DNA of 64,000 nucleotides. Origin: an uncultured Acidobacteriota bacterium (GTDB lineage Bacteria > Acidobacteriota > Terriglobia > UBA7540). The notes below the pieces were generated by a model that was not told the DNA's origin, searched no databases, and was given only the letters and a program-made list of their open reading frames with translations. The translations under genes and the position numbers were made by a program. This document shows, piece by piece, positions 62,873 through 64,000 of the stretch. The stretch spans positions 104,283-168,282 of the forward strand of contig CAVQYM010000014.1 in NCBI GenBank assembly GCA_963718175.1, in the 5' to 3' direction. Positions within the stretch are counted from its first letter, which is position 1. The number at the start of each line of letters is the position of its first letter.

Positions 62873-63100
62873 CGTAGTCAAAGGACATCAACCTCTGTTT
62901 TGCAATACTGTAAGTTCTTGCTTTTCCAGCAAGAATTTCCATGCCGGGCGCAGGGCCGAACGGCGTTCGGCTTGGGCCAGCGCGGCTGGCCCCTGCATAT
63001 CCGGCTGCGTCGCAATGGCTGCTGACAACTGACCACTGACAACCCACAACCGTGTATAATCGGCTGCATTCTGGGCTGGCTTTGTAGGGAAGGGGAATTC

Positions 63101-64000
63101 ATGTCCAACACTCTGACTTCTTCGGACCGACGCGTTATCGTCATTGCCATCGTGGTGGCGGGCATCTCCCTGGCCATCGGGGTGAAGTACTTCTCCCATG
63201 CCTTCCCCGAAGCTGCCATCCAATTCCAAGTAAACCGGGATGATTCTACTCCCCTGGCCACCAAGTTCCTGGCCGATAGCGGTTGGAGTGTCTCGGGCTA
63301 CCGCCACACGGCGATGTTTGACTTTGATGACGACGCCAAGGTTTATCTGGAGCGCACGCAAGGCTTGACCCGCATGAACTCTCTGACCCGCGGTCCCATT
63401 CACCTCTGGCATTGGTCGCATCGCTGGTTCAAGCCTCAACAAAAGGAGGAGTTCCGCGTCGAGGTCACGCCGGCGGGACAGGTGGTGGGGTTTGACCGCG
63501 AGCTGCCGGAATCGGCGCCCGGAGCGAATCTGGATACGGCGGCGGCGCGAGCCGTGGCGGAGAAGTTCCTGGTGGCGGTCATGGGGCGCGACCTGGCGGG
63601 CTTGGAATTCGTCGATACGGTCAGTGAGAAGCGCCCGGCCCGGACGGATTCCTCGTTCACCTGGAAACAGAAGGATGTGGATCTGGGCGATGGCAGCTTG
63701 CGCCTGGAAGTGGAAGTGGACGGTGACCAGGTGGCCGGCTACCGGGAGTTCGTGAAAATTCCGGAGGGCTGGACGCGCGACTACAAGAAGCTGCGCTCCC
63801 GGAACGAGGCCGCGAGTCTCGTGGACGAGGTTCCCTGGATTCTGTTGTGTATTGCCGGACTGGCGCTCTTGATCCAGGGCCTCCGCAAACGCGATGTGCC
63901 CATTCGCCTCTCGCTCGGTTTCGCGTTGGTCGCGGCGCTACTCTATTTTCTCGGCCAGTTGAACACGTTTTCGCTGGCGGAATTCGAATATCACACCACG
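63101..64000 (+). CDS. Membrane protein, 5' part (runs off the window); possibly the N-terminal region of a CPBP/CAAX-type protease
   Basis: ATG at 63101, open for 300 codons to the window end (my own translation: MSNTLTSSDRRVIVIAIVVAGISLAIGVKYF...). One N-terminal TM, a ~230-aa extracytoplasmic domain, then further TMs. The family call is weak. Confidence 0.55.
   Translation, partial: MSNTLTSSDRRVIVIAIVVAGISLAIGVKYFSHAFPEAAIQFQVNRDDSTPLATKFLADSGWSVSGYRHTAMFDFDDDAKVYLERTQGLTRMNSLTRGPIHLWHWSHRWFKPQQKEEFRVEVTPAGQVVGFDRELPESAPGANLDTAAARAVAEKFLVAVMGRDLAGLEFVDTVSEKRPARTDSSFTWKQKDVDLGDGSLRLEVEVDGDQVAGYREFVKIPEGWTRDYKKLRSRNEAASLVDEVPWILLCIAGLALLIQGLRKRDVPIRLSLGFALVAALLYFLGQLNTFSLAEFEYHTT

Noticed and set aside
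62888-63442. A 184-aa minus-strand ORF overlapping the start of the last gene.
   Set aside because: It is antisense to a plus-strand frame that stays open for 300 codons to the window end and has clear TM and ectodomain organisation. It also extends into the repeat-rich spacer.
1-64000. Scan for phage-defence or other known mobile systems (Cas, restriction-modification, reverse transcriptase/retron/DGR, integrase, Abi/CBASS-like nucleotidyltransferases), and for tRNA or rRNA genes.
   Set aside because: No ORF shows the corresponding catalytic motifs. The only mobile-DNA signatures found are the IS, the MITE, the REP-like repeats and the decayed MazE gene.

Overview
High-GC (about 60% by eye) bacterial chromosomal window. 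The gene content suggests an Acidobacteria-type soil bacterium (FtsX/ADOP-like permease tail, TPR Ser/Thr kinase, propeller/Y_Y_Y hybrid kinase, acidobacterial-type VWA protein); this is inference only. There are three blocks. (i) 1-16.7 kb holds regulatory and housekeeping genes: hybrid histidine kinase, PanE-like reductase, YbjQ, Ser/Thr kinase, ankyrin protein, VOC protein, Tex, and a radical-SAM/hemerythrin fusion. (ii) 16.7-48.6 kb is a very large envelope-glycan island, arranged as two divergent gene sets around a 1.3-kb intergenic region that carries palindromes and repeats. It contains about eleven multi-pass GT-C-like membrane proteins in at least three paralog families, one GT2 and one GT4, two tandem GT2-NodB(deacetylase) fusion proteins, a Wzx-type flippase fused to a NodS-like methyltransferase, a second methyltransferase, a membrane-anchored sulfatase-fold protein with Thr in place of the formylglycine Cys, and a PhyH-type dioxygenase. 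(iii) 48.6-64 kb is a mosaic accessory region: an IS4/IS1634-type IS inserted into a DinB-like gene with a target-site duplication, a frameshifted orphan MazE-type antitoxin, a 14-unit heptanucleotide array, an ACE-like M2 peptidase, and a 6.7-kb gene block bracketed by inverted ~0.83-kb duplicates of an SGNH-hydrolase gene with its promoter. I recognised no rRNA, tRNA or CRISPR array. The most novel candidate is the GT-C-rich island, whose ArnC/ArnD-like and NodB/NodS-like logic points to a de-N-acetylated, possibly N-methylated, lipid-linked amino-sugar donor. All functional calls rest on motif recognition by eye and need profile or structure searches.
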